The position numbers and the translations under genes are program-made. This document shows positions 38,110 through 47,600 of a DNA stretch of 52,241 bases, in pieces. The stretch is from the sequence record SRR31156797_1333, one strand, 5' to 3'. Numbering within the stretch: the first letter of the stretch is position 1; the number at the start of each line of letters is the position of its first letter. The notes under the pieces were generated by a model. It was not told the origin of the DNA. It saw nothing but the letters and a program-made list of their open reading frames with translations, and did no database searches.

Positions 38110-39021
38110 ATGTCCCCAATTCGTTCATTAGACCAAATGGTCGATCATCTTCGCGAAAGCGGAAAGAAAAAGAAAATTGCTGTTGCTTATGCTCAGGATC
38201 CTAATACTATTGGTGCAATTGCCAAAGCTATCAACGAAGGTTTTGTTGAAGCGGTAATGATTGGTGATGAGGTTGAAATTAAAGCGAAAGCTCAGGAGGA
38301 GAATATCAATCCTGATATTTTTACCATTGTTCACATTCCAAATGATGTGGCAGCAACTACAGAAGCTGTTCGTATGGCTCGTGCCGATGAGGTTGATGTT
38401 GTGATGAAAGGATTGGTCGGTACTGATAAATTTTTGAAAGCGGTTTTAAACAAAGAACATGGACTATTGCCTCCAAAAGCGGTAATGAGCTACGTTTGTG
38501 CTTTGGATTTACCAAAATACGATAAATTGCTTTTTGTGTCCGATACTGCAGTATTGCCATATCCTGATTTGAACCAGAAGATTGCCATGGTGAACTATTC
38601 AGTGAAAATGGCACAGAAATTTGGCATAGAAAAACCAAAGGTTGCCTTGATATCAGCTACTGAAAAACCAAACCCTGCTTTCCAGGGATCTGTAGATGAT
38701 TCAATTATTTGTAAAATGGCTGATCGTGGTCAGATTAAAGATTGCATTGTTGATGGACCATTGGATGTTTTCCTTGCTTGTGATCCTGCTTCGGTTGAGA
38801 TCAAAGGAATTCCAACACCGATTAATGGTGAAGCGGACTGTTTGATTTTCCCATCATTGGAAGCATGTAATTCTTTTTATAAAGGATTGATGCTATTTGG
38901 AGGTGGAGAATTGGGAGGATTGATTCAGGGAACAACAAAACCAGTTGTGGTAATGTCGAGAAGTGAAAGTGAGAAATCGAAGTTTTACTGTATTGCTTTA
39001 TCGGTGTTAATGGCAGATTAA
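38110..39021 (+). CDS. ptb: Phosphate butyryltransferase / phosphate acyltransferase (paralog 2)
   Basis: MKGLVGT, DGPLD, GEADCLIFP, MSRSES; clearly paralogous to 37147-38052. Confidence 0.85.
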   Translation: MSPIRSLDQMVDHLRESGKKKKIAVAYAQDPNTIGAIAKAINEGFVEAVMIGDEVEIKAKAQEENINPDIFTIVHIPNDVAATTEAVRMARADEVDVVMKGLVGTDKFLKAVLNKEHGLLPPKAVMSYVCALDLPKYDKLLFVSDTAVLPYPDLNQKIAMVNYSVKMAQKFGIEKPKVALISATEKPNPAFQGSVDDSIICKMADRGQIKDCIVDGPLDVFLACDPASVEIKGIPTPINGEADCLIFPSLEACNSFYKGLMLFGGGELGGLIQGTTKPVVVMSRSESEKSKFYCIALSVLMAD

Positions 39022-39040
39022 TTTTTCAACATCATATATT

Positions 39041-39070
39041 GAGAGGGGAGGCTTTGGTCTCCCTTTTTTT
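39041..39070 (+). terminator. Rho-independent terminator
   Basis: AGGGGAGGC-TTTG-GTCTCCCTT followed by a T-tract. Confidence 0.8.
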
Positions 39071-39152
39071 GTTTTAAGCAAAAAGTAAGATTTAGGGGAG
39101 AAAAGCCAATTGTTATCAGTTGACAGCTGATTGCTTTTTTTAACTTTGCATC

Positions 39153-40307
39153 ATGACAACAACAAAACCATATTGCCTAATGCCATGGCTCCATTATCAC
39201 GTTGGAAATGCAGGAAGAGTGAAAGCTTGTTGTGTTGCCAATATTCCTTACGGAGATAGCAATACTCAATCTTTTGATAAGATATGGAATGGGGAAGCAA
39301 TTACGCAATTGCGTGAAAAGTTTTCGAATGGTGAAACAGATAACAGATGTGGTGTTTGTCAAAAATTGGAGTTGGCAGGAGGAAAGAGTATTCGTATGGA
39401 AACACATGAGAAGTACGGGGAATATTTCGAGCAGAACAAATCTAAGCTACCTGTTTATTACGACATTCGTTTTTCCAATGCCTGTAATTTTGCTTGCCGA
39501 ACTTGTTGGCATGGTGCTAGTTCAGGGTGGTTTCCCGAAGCCAAACAAATGAAACGAAATCTTGGAGATACTGCTTTGCTACAAAATATTAATGACTTTG
39601 ATTCATTTATATCGGAGACAGGTGAAGCCTTATTGCAAGCCAAAGAGATTTACTTTGCAGGAGGCGAACCTTTGGTAACCAAAGAGCATTATCAATTACT
39701 CGATTGGCTGGTGAAGAAAAAAGCTACAAACATTTATTTGCGATACAACACCAATTTTTCTCAATTAAAAATGGGAGAGCACAATGTATTGGAATACTGG
39801 AAGCACTTCCCACAAGTAGAGATTATGGCAAGTATTGATGCTCATGGGAAATTGGGAGAATACATCCGTAAAGGATTCAATTGGGAGAAGTTCCAGGTCA
39901 ATAGAGAACTCTTGCGACCGCACAAACACATACGTTTTGTTATTGCGCCAACCATTTCGGTGTTTTCAATCCAGAATCTTCCAGCTTTATACCAAACCTG
40001 TCTACTAGAACAAATCATTGAACCTGATGGTTTGTATATTAACATGCTCGATCGCCCTTTGCATTACAATACCAAAGCACTGCCTGCAGAGCAGAAACAA
40101 AGGGTAGTGAATGAATTCCAAAAGTTTTACGATTGGGCGAATAAGAAAGATATTCCTCAATCGGTGATGGTTCAGTTTAAGGAATGCGAAACCTATATGC
40201 TGAGTGAGGATTTGAGCAAGCAGTGGAAGAATTTCGAAAAAGAGACAAAACTGTTGGATGAGATGAGGGGAGAAAGTATAAAGGATTTAGGAATTATAAA
40301 AGATTAA
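39153..40307 (+). CDS. Radical SAM protein with N-terminal SPASM/twitch-like Cys cluster
   Basis: N-terminal C..PW, CC, CGVC; then CNFACRTC (CxxxCxxC), FAGGEP, YNTN, SID, EYIR. Confidence 0.9.
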   Translation: MTTTKPYCLMPWLHYHVGNAGRVKACCVANIPYGDSNTQSFDKIWNGEAITQLREKFSNGETDNRCGVCQKLELAGGKSIRMETHEKYGEYFEQNKSKLPVYYDIRFSNACNFACRTCWHGASSGWFPEAKQMKRNLGDTALLQNINDFDSFISETGEALLQAKEIYFAGGEPLVTKEHYQLLDWLVKKKATNIYLRYNTNFSQLKMGEHNVLEYWKHFPQVEIMASIDAHGKLGEYIRKGFNWEKFQVNRELLRPHKHIRFVIAPTISVFSIQNLPALYQTCLLEQIIEPDGLYINMLDRPLHYNTKALPAEQKQRVVNEFQKFYDWANKKDIPQSVMVQFKECETYMLSEDLSKQWKNFEKETKLLDEMRGESIKDLGIIKD

Positions 40308-40312
40308 ATTTG

Positions 40313-40346
40313 ATTTTTATTCCCCTCTGAAAAGGGGAATAAAAAT
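40313..40346. repeat. Perfect 14-bp inverted repeat between convergent genes
   Basis: ATTTTTATTCCCCT-CTGAAA-AGGGGAATAAAAAT; the T-run precedes the GC core on both strands. Confidence 0.75.
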
Positions 40347-40351
40347 GTTGA

Positions 40352-41026
40352 TTATTTTCTTGATTTCTTATTCATTACATATTGAAATCCTATGGTGAAT
40401 GAGTTGAATTTCACATTTATACCGTAATCCTCATTAATACTTTTGTTGGAGAAGTTATCTATGTCAAGTTTAGAACGTGTTCTATTGTAATATATTTGAC
40501 CAACATTACATGTAAGTGCCCATTTATTAGAAACAAAATAAGCAAGACCTGGAGTAGCATTTACTCTGAATTCAGTCAATTTACTATCATCTTGTTTTCC
40601 AAATCCTACCATTAGATTTACTCTTGTAGTAAAGTAAAATTTATCCTTTAATTTACTGTATTTGGTAACGTATGGATTGATTAAAAATAGATTGCGTTTT
40701 TCTTTAGAAGTAATTTCTTCAGAGTGAATAACAGACGTTCCATCTTGATAAATTGTTCGTTGTATATTTTTATAGTCAGAGTGCTCGAAAATCAAACCCA
40801 AGCCAATAAGTGTTGATTCACTGGTGAAAAAACTAATTTGTGGTGCAATTTTTAAATTGCTTGATTCTCTATCGACCGTAAGGTTTCCTACGGAGGATGG
40901 CTTTTGTGAATAATCCTTTCCATTATAGTTAAAGTCACCACCAATAATTATCGATCCTTTTTGTATTTGTGCATTTAGATTAGATATTAAGGAAAATGCA
41001 AACAATAGTAGTAAAATTCGTTTCAT
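40352..41026 (-). CDS. Outer-membrane beta-barrel protein (paralog A)
   Basis: Signal peptide, AQIQKG, alternating beta-strands, PGLAYF, C-terminal GFQY. Confidence 0.82.
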   Translation of the reverse strand: MKRILLLLFAFSLISNLNAQIQKGSIIIGGDFNYNGKDYSQKPSSVGNLTVDRESSNLKIAPQISFFTSESTLIGLGLIFEHSDYKNIQRTIYQDGTSVIHSEEITSKEKRNLFLINPYVTKYSKLKDKFYFTTRVNLMVGFGKQDDSKLTEFRVNATPGLAYFVSNKWALTCNVGQIYYNRTRSKLDIDNFSNKSINEDYGINVKFNSFTIGFQYVMNKKSRK

Positions 41027-41060
41027 ACAATTAAGATATAACTGTTAGATTTGAGCTAAT

Positions 41061-41702
41061 TTATTCTCTCGATCTTTTATTAATCACATACTGGAATCCA
41101 GGTGTGAAGGTGTTAAAATCTAAATTGGTTCCGTACTGTTTATCTTTAACTTTATTGTTTGAATCGTCTTCAAGTTTAACTTCTTTGTAATTGTAATATA
41201 TATTACCAACACTACATGTTAAGGCCCACTTGTCATTTACAAAGTAGCTTAGTCCAGGCGTTGCATTTACCCTTAATTCAAATACTTTATTGTCATCTTC
41301 TTTACCAATTCCTGCCATTAGGTTCACTCTTGTAGTAAAGTAGAATTTATCTTTAATTTTACTGTATTTGGTAACGTAAGGGTTGATTAGAAAAAGGTTA
41401 CTCTTAAATTTATCTATACTTGTACCATAATATCCAGAAGATTCGCTTTCCGAATCTCTGTGTTCAAAAACCAAACCTATACCAACCAAAGTTGATTCAG
41501 AAGTAAAAAATCCAATTCGTGGAGAAATTGAAAGACTATTTGAACTATAATTATGACCATTACTGAATGATGAGTTGTCAGTTGAATGATCTGTGTTATT
41601 ATAATTAAAGTGACCGCCGGTTATTATTGACCCCTTTTGTATTTGGGCATTTAGATTAAAGAATAATGTAGTGGTGAATACCAATAGTAAGATTCGTTTC
41701 AT
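41061..41702 (-). CDS. Outer-membrane beta-barrel protein (paralog B)
   Basis: Close paralog of 40352-41026 (NLFLINPYVTKYSK.KDKFYFTTRVNLM shared). Confidence 0.82.
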   Translation of the reverse strand: MKRILLLVFTTTLFFNLNAQIQKGSIITGGHFNYNNTDHSTDNSSFSNGHNYSSNSLSISPRIGFFTSESTLVGIGLVFEHRDSESESSGYYGTSIDKFKSNLFLINPYVTKYSKIKDKFYFTTRVNLMAGIGKEDDNKVFELRVNATPGLSYFVNDKWALTCSVGNIYYNYKEVKLEDDSNNKVKDKQYGTNLDFNTFTPGFQYVINKRSRE

Positions 41703-41795
41703 AAAATTTAGTTTTCAATTTAAAGGTTTAGGTTAATTGTATTTATACGTTATTAATAGCTTTTATAAAAAAACTCATTAATAGATAATTGATGG

Positions 41796-42131
41796 TTATG
41801 CTATGTTTAATTCCTTCATTATTTTAAAAGCATTCCGTGCCGATGGATAAGTAATAGAACCGCCAGCAATTACTCCTAATTTAATGGCTTCTATTATTTC
41901 TTTTTTGCTTGCCTTTTGTTCCAGACAGCCTTGCAGGTGATACAAAATACACTCTTCGCATCTCGATAAAATGGAGATTGACAATCCTGTCAACTCCTTG
42001 TACTTTTTAGGAATTGTTCCTTCAGCATAAACCGCATTGTCAAGTTGTCCAAATATGGTAAAGAATTCATCGTTTTCGGTCATGACTTTGTTAAGTTCGG
42101 CTCTGCGGTGATTTTGTTCGGTGATTTTCAT
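41796..42131 (-). CDS. Carboxymuconolactone decarboxylase/AhpD family protein
   Basis: KYKEL.GLSIS...RCEECILYH...EIIEA. Confidence 0.88.
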   Translation of the reverse strand: MKITEQNHRRAELNKVMTENDEFFTIFGQLDNAVYAEGTIPKKYKELTGLSISILSRCEECILYHLQGCLEQKASKKEIIEAIKLGVIAGGSITYPSARNAFKIMKELNIA

Positions 42132-42156
42132 AAGTAGGTTGGCTTGGGTTTAGAAT

Positions 42157-42864
42157 TTAATTGTTTTCATGCATTTTTAATACTACTGTTCGAGCTATAA
42201 AATCGTGTAAGGCTCTTCTTTTATTATTAAAAAGCATGGTGATAATTTCAAGTATCGACCAAAACACAAGAATGAAGGACATAACGATTGACATGTAAAT
42301 CAATATTCCAATTGAATTTATTGTTGTAAAGTAGGATAAACCATGTAGTACAAGCAGGGCACTTAATGGAATAATATCTCTTAGTAATGCTTGTTTGTAG
42401 GATATTACTTTAGTTTCCGACACATCATAGACTTTAATGTCCATTACCATTTTACCGATGGTTTGACCACAGGCACCGTGAAATAAAATATGATACAAAT
42501 AGGGAGTAATAAGACCAAGCAGATTGATTAAGTTGATAAGAACAATGGATTCTAGATCATTAAACAATTTAAAAAACCAGCCAAAGAGGCTAAGGATAAT
42601 GCCGTTAATAATAAGTGCTAACAATCTGGAAGTTCCGGTTTTATATCTTCTGTTATCTATTTTTGAACCCGAGCGCAGGTCTCGTTGTTCAATTAGTTTT
42701 TGTTGGGTTTCTAGTAGATTTTCTATTGGTTCATTTCTTTCCTTTAAAACTGCAATAGCACAAAGTTTTGCATCGTTTGCATAATCTTTACTTATCGCAA
42801 TGGCTTGCAATTCTTCTGTGCTTTTTTTTGTGTATATTTTGTGGAAATAATTATTGGAACTCAT
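42157..42864 (-). CDS. RDD family membrane protein
   Basis: RLLA.II, GQTIGK, ALLR, KRRALHDFIART.V. Confidence 0.88.
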   Translation of the reverse strand: MSSNNYFHKIYTKKSTEELQAIAISKDYANDAKLCAIAVLKERNEPIENLLETQQKLIEQRDLRSGSKIDNRRYKTGTSRLLALIINGIILSLFGWFFKLFNDLESIVLINLINLLGLITPYLYHILFHGACGQTIGKMVMDIKVYDVSETKVISYKQALLRDIIPLSALLVLHGLSYFTTINSIGILIYMSIVMSFILVFWSILEIITMLFNNKRRALHDFIARTVVLKMHENN

Positions 42865-42899
42865 ACGAATCGGTTTAGGATGTGTTAGAAATTAGTTGT

Positions 42900-43328
42900 C
42901 TACTTTTTCTCTATCTCCTCTTGTTCATTAGGATCAGAGTATATCACAACCGAACCAATCATGTGATCATGAATCGCTTTTCTTTTAGGATTACTCGAAA
43001 CCGTTAATAAAGAGATCCAGCCTAAGGTCGCTTTAACAACAAAGCGAATTAGAGCAAAAGGAAAAATGATGTTCTTCTCTGGTTTTCTCTCTCTTTTAAC
43101 TCTTATACCAATAAGGAAATGACCAATGGTTCCACCAAACAAACTGGTGAAAATTGGATCGTACAAGCCAAAAATGAAGATAAAGGCGATAATTCTGGCA
43201 TCATCGGGTACAGTTTCGAACTGTGCGAAGGTGTAAGTAGCCGCAAACATGAATCCTATCATTACAATAGAATCGCAGATCACTGCTTTTACTCGATCGG
43301 GTACTCCTGGATAATTTTGCTGGGGCAT
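42900..43328 (-). CDS. RDD family membrane protein
   Basis: RVKAVICD, GGTIGH, ALIR, KRKAIHD. Confidence 0.88.
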   Translation of the reverse strand: MPQQNYPGVPDRVKAVICDSIVMIGFMFAATYTFAQFETVPDDARIIAFIFIFGLYDPIFTSLFGGTIGHFLIGIRVKRERKPEKNIIFPFALIRFVVKATLGWISLLTVSSNPKRKAIHDHMIGSVVIYSDPNEQEEIEKK

Positions 43329-43383
43329 GATTTTGTTTTATAAATGGTTGAATTTTATTATTTCAGTGATACTTAACTCTGGC

Positions 43384-45039
43384 TTAAATTTCAATGAACT
43401 CTATATGAGCGACATTGTCATAGGTTTTTAAATGGATTAATTTATTATTAATACACTCAATTTTACCTGGTTCCAATCGAATAGGTATCATCTTTTTATT
43501 GGTGAAGTTATTGTAATTGTATTGAAAGATTTCCTTGGAGTGACATGAAACAAAATAAACTTTGTCAGAATGGAAATCCACATCTTTGTATTTTTTATCT
43601 GTTTGTTTGTAGTTGCCTTCAAAATGAAAGCAATTTTCATTAGATTGATCATCAACAACTTGATAATTCAGTTTAAATTGTTTCCCTTTTTCTCCGGTTA
43701 TAAAAGTATTCAGGTCATCAGTTACGTATAAAATATCTGCATTAATGTATTCGTAACCTGTGCCATTACTGGCCTGTTTCAGGATTATGTTTTTGCCATC
43801 GTAAATTATACTCAACATATATGAACGGTAGGTATTTTTGGTCATGGCAATGGCATAATGATCCGGACCATTAATCAGTTTTACCTCATTGTTACTGTGG
43901 AAATAGGACATTTTAGTATTTAAATTATTAATCCATATTGGATTATGGGTAGTTTTATGAACCGCACGTCCTTCAATGTGTCCATAGAATTTTTCAATGT
44001 AAAAAATAACTTCATCTTTCACAATAAGCGAAGTAATTGGATTTTCTGTTGTCAGTTTAATTTCATCAAGTTTTGAAAAATCGGCTAAGTTGTATACATA
44101 GATTGTCCCATTATCAGCAGGAAGTAAAAGTTCGTAATTTCCATCTTTTTCAGATAGGTAATAAGCTTGAATTTCTTCATCAAAATTAATTGTTCGCGTG
44201 TGGGTACGTGTATCCGTTGAGTATTCAATTAATTTCTTACCTGTTTTACTAATAAGCATCAGGTGATTGTTTAACGGATTTGTAAAAATTTCTGATATCT
44301 GGCAGTCGAAATGTAAATTGTTTTTCACAAGAGCCGCAGTTTGGCTATGAGAATAATTACCCGAAACATTCAAACGCACAGCATAGGAAAAACCATTACA
44401 TTGTAAATTAACATCATGATCTATAAAGGTGCATGCATTCTCATGGTAGGTACTACCGATTATTTCTCCAAAATAAACGATATCTTCACTCTCAATATCT
44501 TCATTGAAGGTCTTGTATCTATACACATTGTATGAGATGAAGTTAGGTGCTTCAGTTTTATCCCATGATATACGAATCTTGTTTCCTTCGTCCACATATT
44601 CGGCTTTTGCCTCAAAAAGTAGTTCCGGTCGTTCGTAAGCTTTGAAATTTATACTTGGGTATGTTTTAATATAGTCAGAATCGGAGTGATAAGTAGTTTT
44701 TATTGCATAGTAAATACATACACCTTTTTCAATGTCTTTATCTGTATATGAGCATTTCCCACGTGAGTTTTGAGTGTGAATTGGATTTCCACGGCTTAAA
44801 ATTTTTGCCATGCTAATATTAGGCTGCTTGTAATGACTGACGTATTTATAAACTTCGTAATATGCAAAACCCTCTTTGATAGTTGGAAGCCAATCGATAT
44901 GAATTTTACCTTCGGAATATTTTAATTTTGTAATAGTGGTTTGCACACTTGATGAACTAGCATCGTTTATTGTATCGTCTTTGTCGCAGGATACAATAAA
45001 TAGATTAAGGTAAATGATAGCAATTATCAATTTTTTCAT
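43384..45039 (-). CDS. Lipoprotein with two FnIII-like repeats and a probable beta-rich C-terminal domain
   Basis: Lipobox FIVSC; repeated I.I.W...F..Y.VY...Y/F.D...YA(I/V). Confidence 0.72.
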   Translation of the reverse strand: MKKLIIAIIYLNLFIVSCDKDDTINDASSSSVQTTITKLKYSEGKIHIDWLPTIKEGFAYYEVYKYVSHYKQPNISMAKILSRGNPIHTQNSRGKCSYTDKDIEKGVCIYYAIKTTYHSDSDYIKTYPSINFKAYERPELLFEAKAEYVDEGNKIRISWDKTEAPNFISYNVYRYKTFNEDIESEDIVYFGEIIGSTYHENACTFIDHDVNLQCNGFSYAVRLNVSGNYSHSQTAALVKNNLHFDCQISEIFTNPLNNHLMLISKTGKKLIEYSTDTRTHTRTINFDEEIQAYYLSEKDGNYELLLPADNGTIYVYNLADFSKLDEIKLTTENPITSLIVKDEVIFYIEKFYGHIEGRAVHKTTHNPIWINNLNTKMSYFHSNNEVKLINGPDHYAIAMTKNTYRSYMLSIIYDGKNIILKQASNGTGYEYINADILYVTDDLNTFITGEKGKQFKLNYQVVDDQSNENCFHFEGNYKQTDKKYKDVDFHSDKVYFVSCHSKEIFQYNYNNFTNKKMIPIRLEPGKIECINNKLIHLKTYDNVAHIEFIEI

Positions 45040-45084
45040 GCGATATGTTTCTAATTAGAATTTATTATTTTCAATAAAAGTGGA

Positions 45085-45675
45085 TTATTTTTGTGTTTTT
45101 GCCCTCCATCTCTCATCGAATGATTTCAATTCACCATACATTTTCCAATCAAGATTCATACTCAAATCTGTATTAAAAAATTCTCCTCTGTAGGTCACAC
45201 CAATATCAATATGATCGTCTAATATCAAGCAGAATGATGTAATCAGCTCAACATTGCAATCATCATCCATTTGTATTGTAAATATGTCAGGTCCTTGGTA
45301 TTTTTGTGTTTGTTTGTCCCACCAGGCAATTTGTACATTGTTTTTGTACACACTATATTTCCAACTTTTATGATGCCCATAAATATCATAGAGATCATCA
45401 TTTAATTCGATTTGGAAATGCCTTTTGTGATACGATTTTGTTTTAAATCCAATTTTCTCACCCTGATAGTAAATCCAATAAGCAGGTTTTAAAATGAAAT
45501 CAAGCTTCTTGTTCTTTATGGTGATATGCTTTTTATTTTCTCCAGTTTTCCACATCGATATTTTGAAGAAAATAAATAGCTTCTCCGAAACAGCTGAAAG
45601 AATGGCTTCACCATTTCTGAGAACTATGAAGTCATAGCCGATTGATGCACTTTGTTTTTTAATTGTAATTTCCAT
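45085..45675 (-). CDS. Hypothetical protein, possibly LURP-one/Tubby-C-like
   Basis: Beta-rich; YDIYG...YSVYKNNVQIA...F.I...ELI..FCL.LD pattern. Confidence 0.6.
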   Translation of the reverse strand: MEITIKKQSASIGYDFIVLRNGEAILSAVSEKLFIFFKISMWKTGENKKHITIKNKKLDFILKPAYWIYYQGEKIGFKTKSYHKRHFQIELNDDLYDIYGHHKSWKYSVYKNNVQIAWWDKQTQKYQGPDIFTIQMDDDCNVELITSFCLILDDHIDIGVTYRGEFFNTDLSMNLDWKMYGELKSFDERWRAKTQK

Positions 45676-45743
45676 TAACTTAATTCATTTCAGTAGGTTT
45701 GTTATCTGGTTAGCAGCACAGTTACGAAGAGCAAGCAATGAAC

Positions 45744-46325
45744 TTATTTATGAATTTTCAATCTTTCTTCATTCACTTTTCCCCATAAAGCTTGATTGCT
45801 CGGATCTGCCCAGGCTTTCTTAACTGCCTCTACATACTCAGGATGATTTCTGTATTTAAATTCCAACAGACTTTCTTTAGGCGAGAGCATAAAGATGAAT
45901 CCTATAATACTGAAAATAGCCAGTCGCGTTAATAGTGTATAATGAAGTTTGGGATTACTCTGTCTAACTTTAATGAAAGAGATTATGGAAGATAGTATGA
46001 GCCCACAAAATCCTATATTTAATAATGTTGAAGCATTTGGCCAATCTTGTAATTTGAAAAGAATACCAATTGTAATCAATGCCAGTATCATCCCAATTAA
46101 GTTGGTTCCAATTTTAGTTCGCTTGCTAATATCTTTATGATTTTCTCTTTTTAATACTTTTTGTAGAGGAATGTCATTAAATAAGGCAAAACTTAAATAC
46201 ATATAAAGAACTGCCAAACACGACATACTTAATATGGATAATATATCTCCGTAAGGCACAAGATAAAGGTTGAGTAGAATTCCCAAAATGGAAATGGCAG
46301 CAAGTATTTTTTCAGTTTTCTTCAT
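45744..46325 (-). CDS. Multi-TM membrane protein with GldL-N-like motif
   Basis: About five TM segments; GILFKLQDWPNA resembles the GALFK..HWPG motif. Confidence 0.65.
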   Translation of the reverse strand: MKKTEKILAAISILGILLNLYLVPYGDILSILSMSCLAVLYMYLSFALFNDIPLQKVLKRENHKDISKRTKIGTNLIGMILALITIGILFKLQDWPNASTLLNIGFCGLILSSIISFIKVRQSNPKLHYTLLTRLAIFSIIGFIFMLSPKESLLEFKYRNHPEYVEAVKKAWADPSNQALWGKVNEERLKIHK

Positions 46326-46331
46326 AATTAG

Positions 46332-47585
46332 CTATTGTTTTTTGATCCACTCATATACCGGATCGATTCCATTTTTGAAATCCTCAAAACTGACTTCCAA
46401 TAATTCGTCAGGTACGATAGAGTTTACATGCTCATCCGTTTCTTTAAAGTATTTAGTAGAATAGAGAACCTTGATACCAGAGCTAGGTAATGTAAAATCC
46501 CAGAGTTCACCAAAATGGTTAGGTTTCCCAGATGTTTCTTCTCCCAAATAAATTGCATTGCTTAATCGTTTAAAATCCATGGCATTAATAATAGCTGACG
46601 AGAAAGTTTTTCTTCCAACTACAACGTATATTTTCAATTCGGGACGTTGCTTTTGAATCAAAGCAATTTTCTCAATGAGTTTTGTGCCCGGATGGGAACT
46701 TCCACCACCATTAAATCGCATGTCAAAGACAAATTTATTTACGCTTTTCGTATCTAGTGTTTTTAATACTTTAACAGCAAATTCATTTATGGAGGGCTTT
46801 GTATCAGCGTCCTTACGACCACGCATCTTTTCCCATTCTTGGCTCGAGCATTTATTATACTGCACATAGTAAATGTCATCGTCTTTTTGATTGTAATCTA
46901 AGAAATAGGTTCTGGTGTCTCGAAAGCAGAGGGAGATTGAATCTGGTTTGAATGCAATCGAATTGTTTCTGTTGGGTAATACTGGTTTTATATTCCAGGA
47001 ACTAATCTTTCCATTTTCACCCAAAAGTTTCAATTCAATTTTATCGCTTTTTACAATGCCGAAATTTTTTAGCAATTGTACCAAGGGTATAAAATTGGGA
47101 ATAGTTTTCTTTACGCATGCCAAATTGTCAACCGTAATTAATGTGCTCAAACTATCAACAATTTGTTCTATTTTTACATTGTTTATGGCTAGTAATTGAT
47201 GTCCTAAAATGGCTTTGTTTTCCTTAGATGTTTTAAGGATATGAATGCCGTTTTTAAACCAGTATAAGTTTAGTGGTAATATTTGTCTTTTATCAATCAA
47301 CTGTCGCCAGTTAATATTGGTATGTGAATCTCCACATTCTGCTATCAATTGTTGTAGGCTTATTGCAATTTCGAAATCCGATTTAGAACTTATGGTTTTA
47401 CGAATATTCTCGATTCCTGTAAGATATTCCTCCTGGTTTTTTACCGAGAACAAATTGAAATGCTTTTTAGGTAATGAATCTGCAATATAGTTCAAGTCAG
47501 TATTCCAATCTATTTGCTTATTGCTTTGTGAATAAACCGAGAATGTAAGAGATAATCCTATGAGTAGGATAGTAAGCTTTTTCAT
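46332..47585 (-). CDS. S41 family peptidase (secreted)
   Basis: Signal peptide, DSHT, FDMRFNGGG, TFSSA, GEETSG, PD. Confidence 0.85.
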   Translation of the reverse strand: MKKLTILLIGLSLTFSVYSQSNKQIDWNTDLNYIADSLPKKHFNLFSVKNQEEYLTGIENIRKTISSKSDFEIAISLQQLIAECGDSHTNINWRQLIDKRQILPLNLYWFKNGIHILKTSKENKAILGHQLLAINNVKIEQIVDSLSTLITVDNLACVKKTIPNFIPLVQLLKNFGIVKSDKIELKLLGENGKISSWNIKPVLPNRNNSIAFKPDSISLCFRDTRTYFLDYNQKDDDIYYVQYNKCSSQEWEKMRGRKDADTKPSINEFAVKVLKTLDTKSVNKFVFDMRFNGGGSSHPGTKLIEKIALIQKQRPELKIYVVVGRKTFSSAIINAMDFKRLSNAIYLGEETSGKPNHFGELWDFTLPSSGIKVLYSTKYFKETDEHVNSIVPDELLEVSFEDFKNGIDPVYEWIKKQ

Positions 47586-47600
47586 GAATGCATTCTATTT

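Noticed and set aside
39153..40307. RiPP biosynthetic cluster around the radical SAM gene
   Set aside because: No precursor peptide, RRE/PqqD domain or transporter is adjacent.
45744..46325. Calling this gene gldL/porL
   Set aside because: Only a short motif matches; it lacks the long cytoplasmic coiled-coil region and the gldKMN context.
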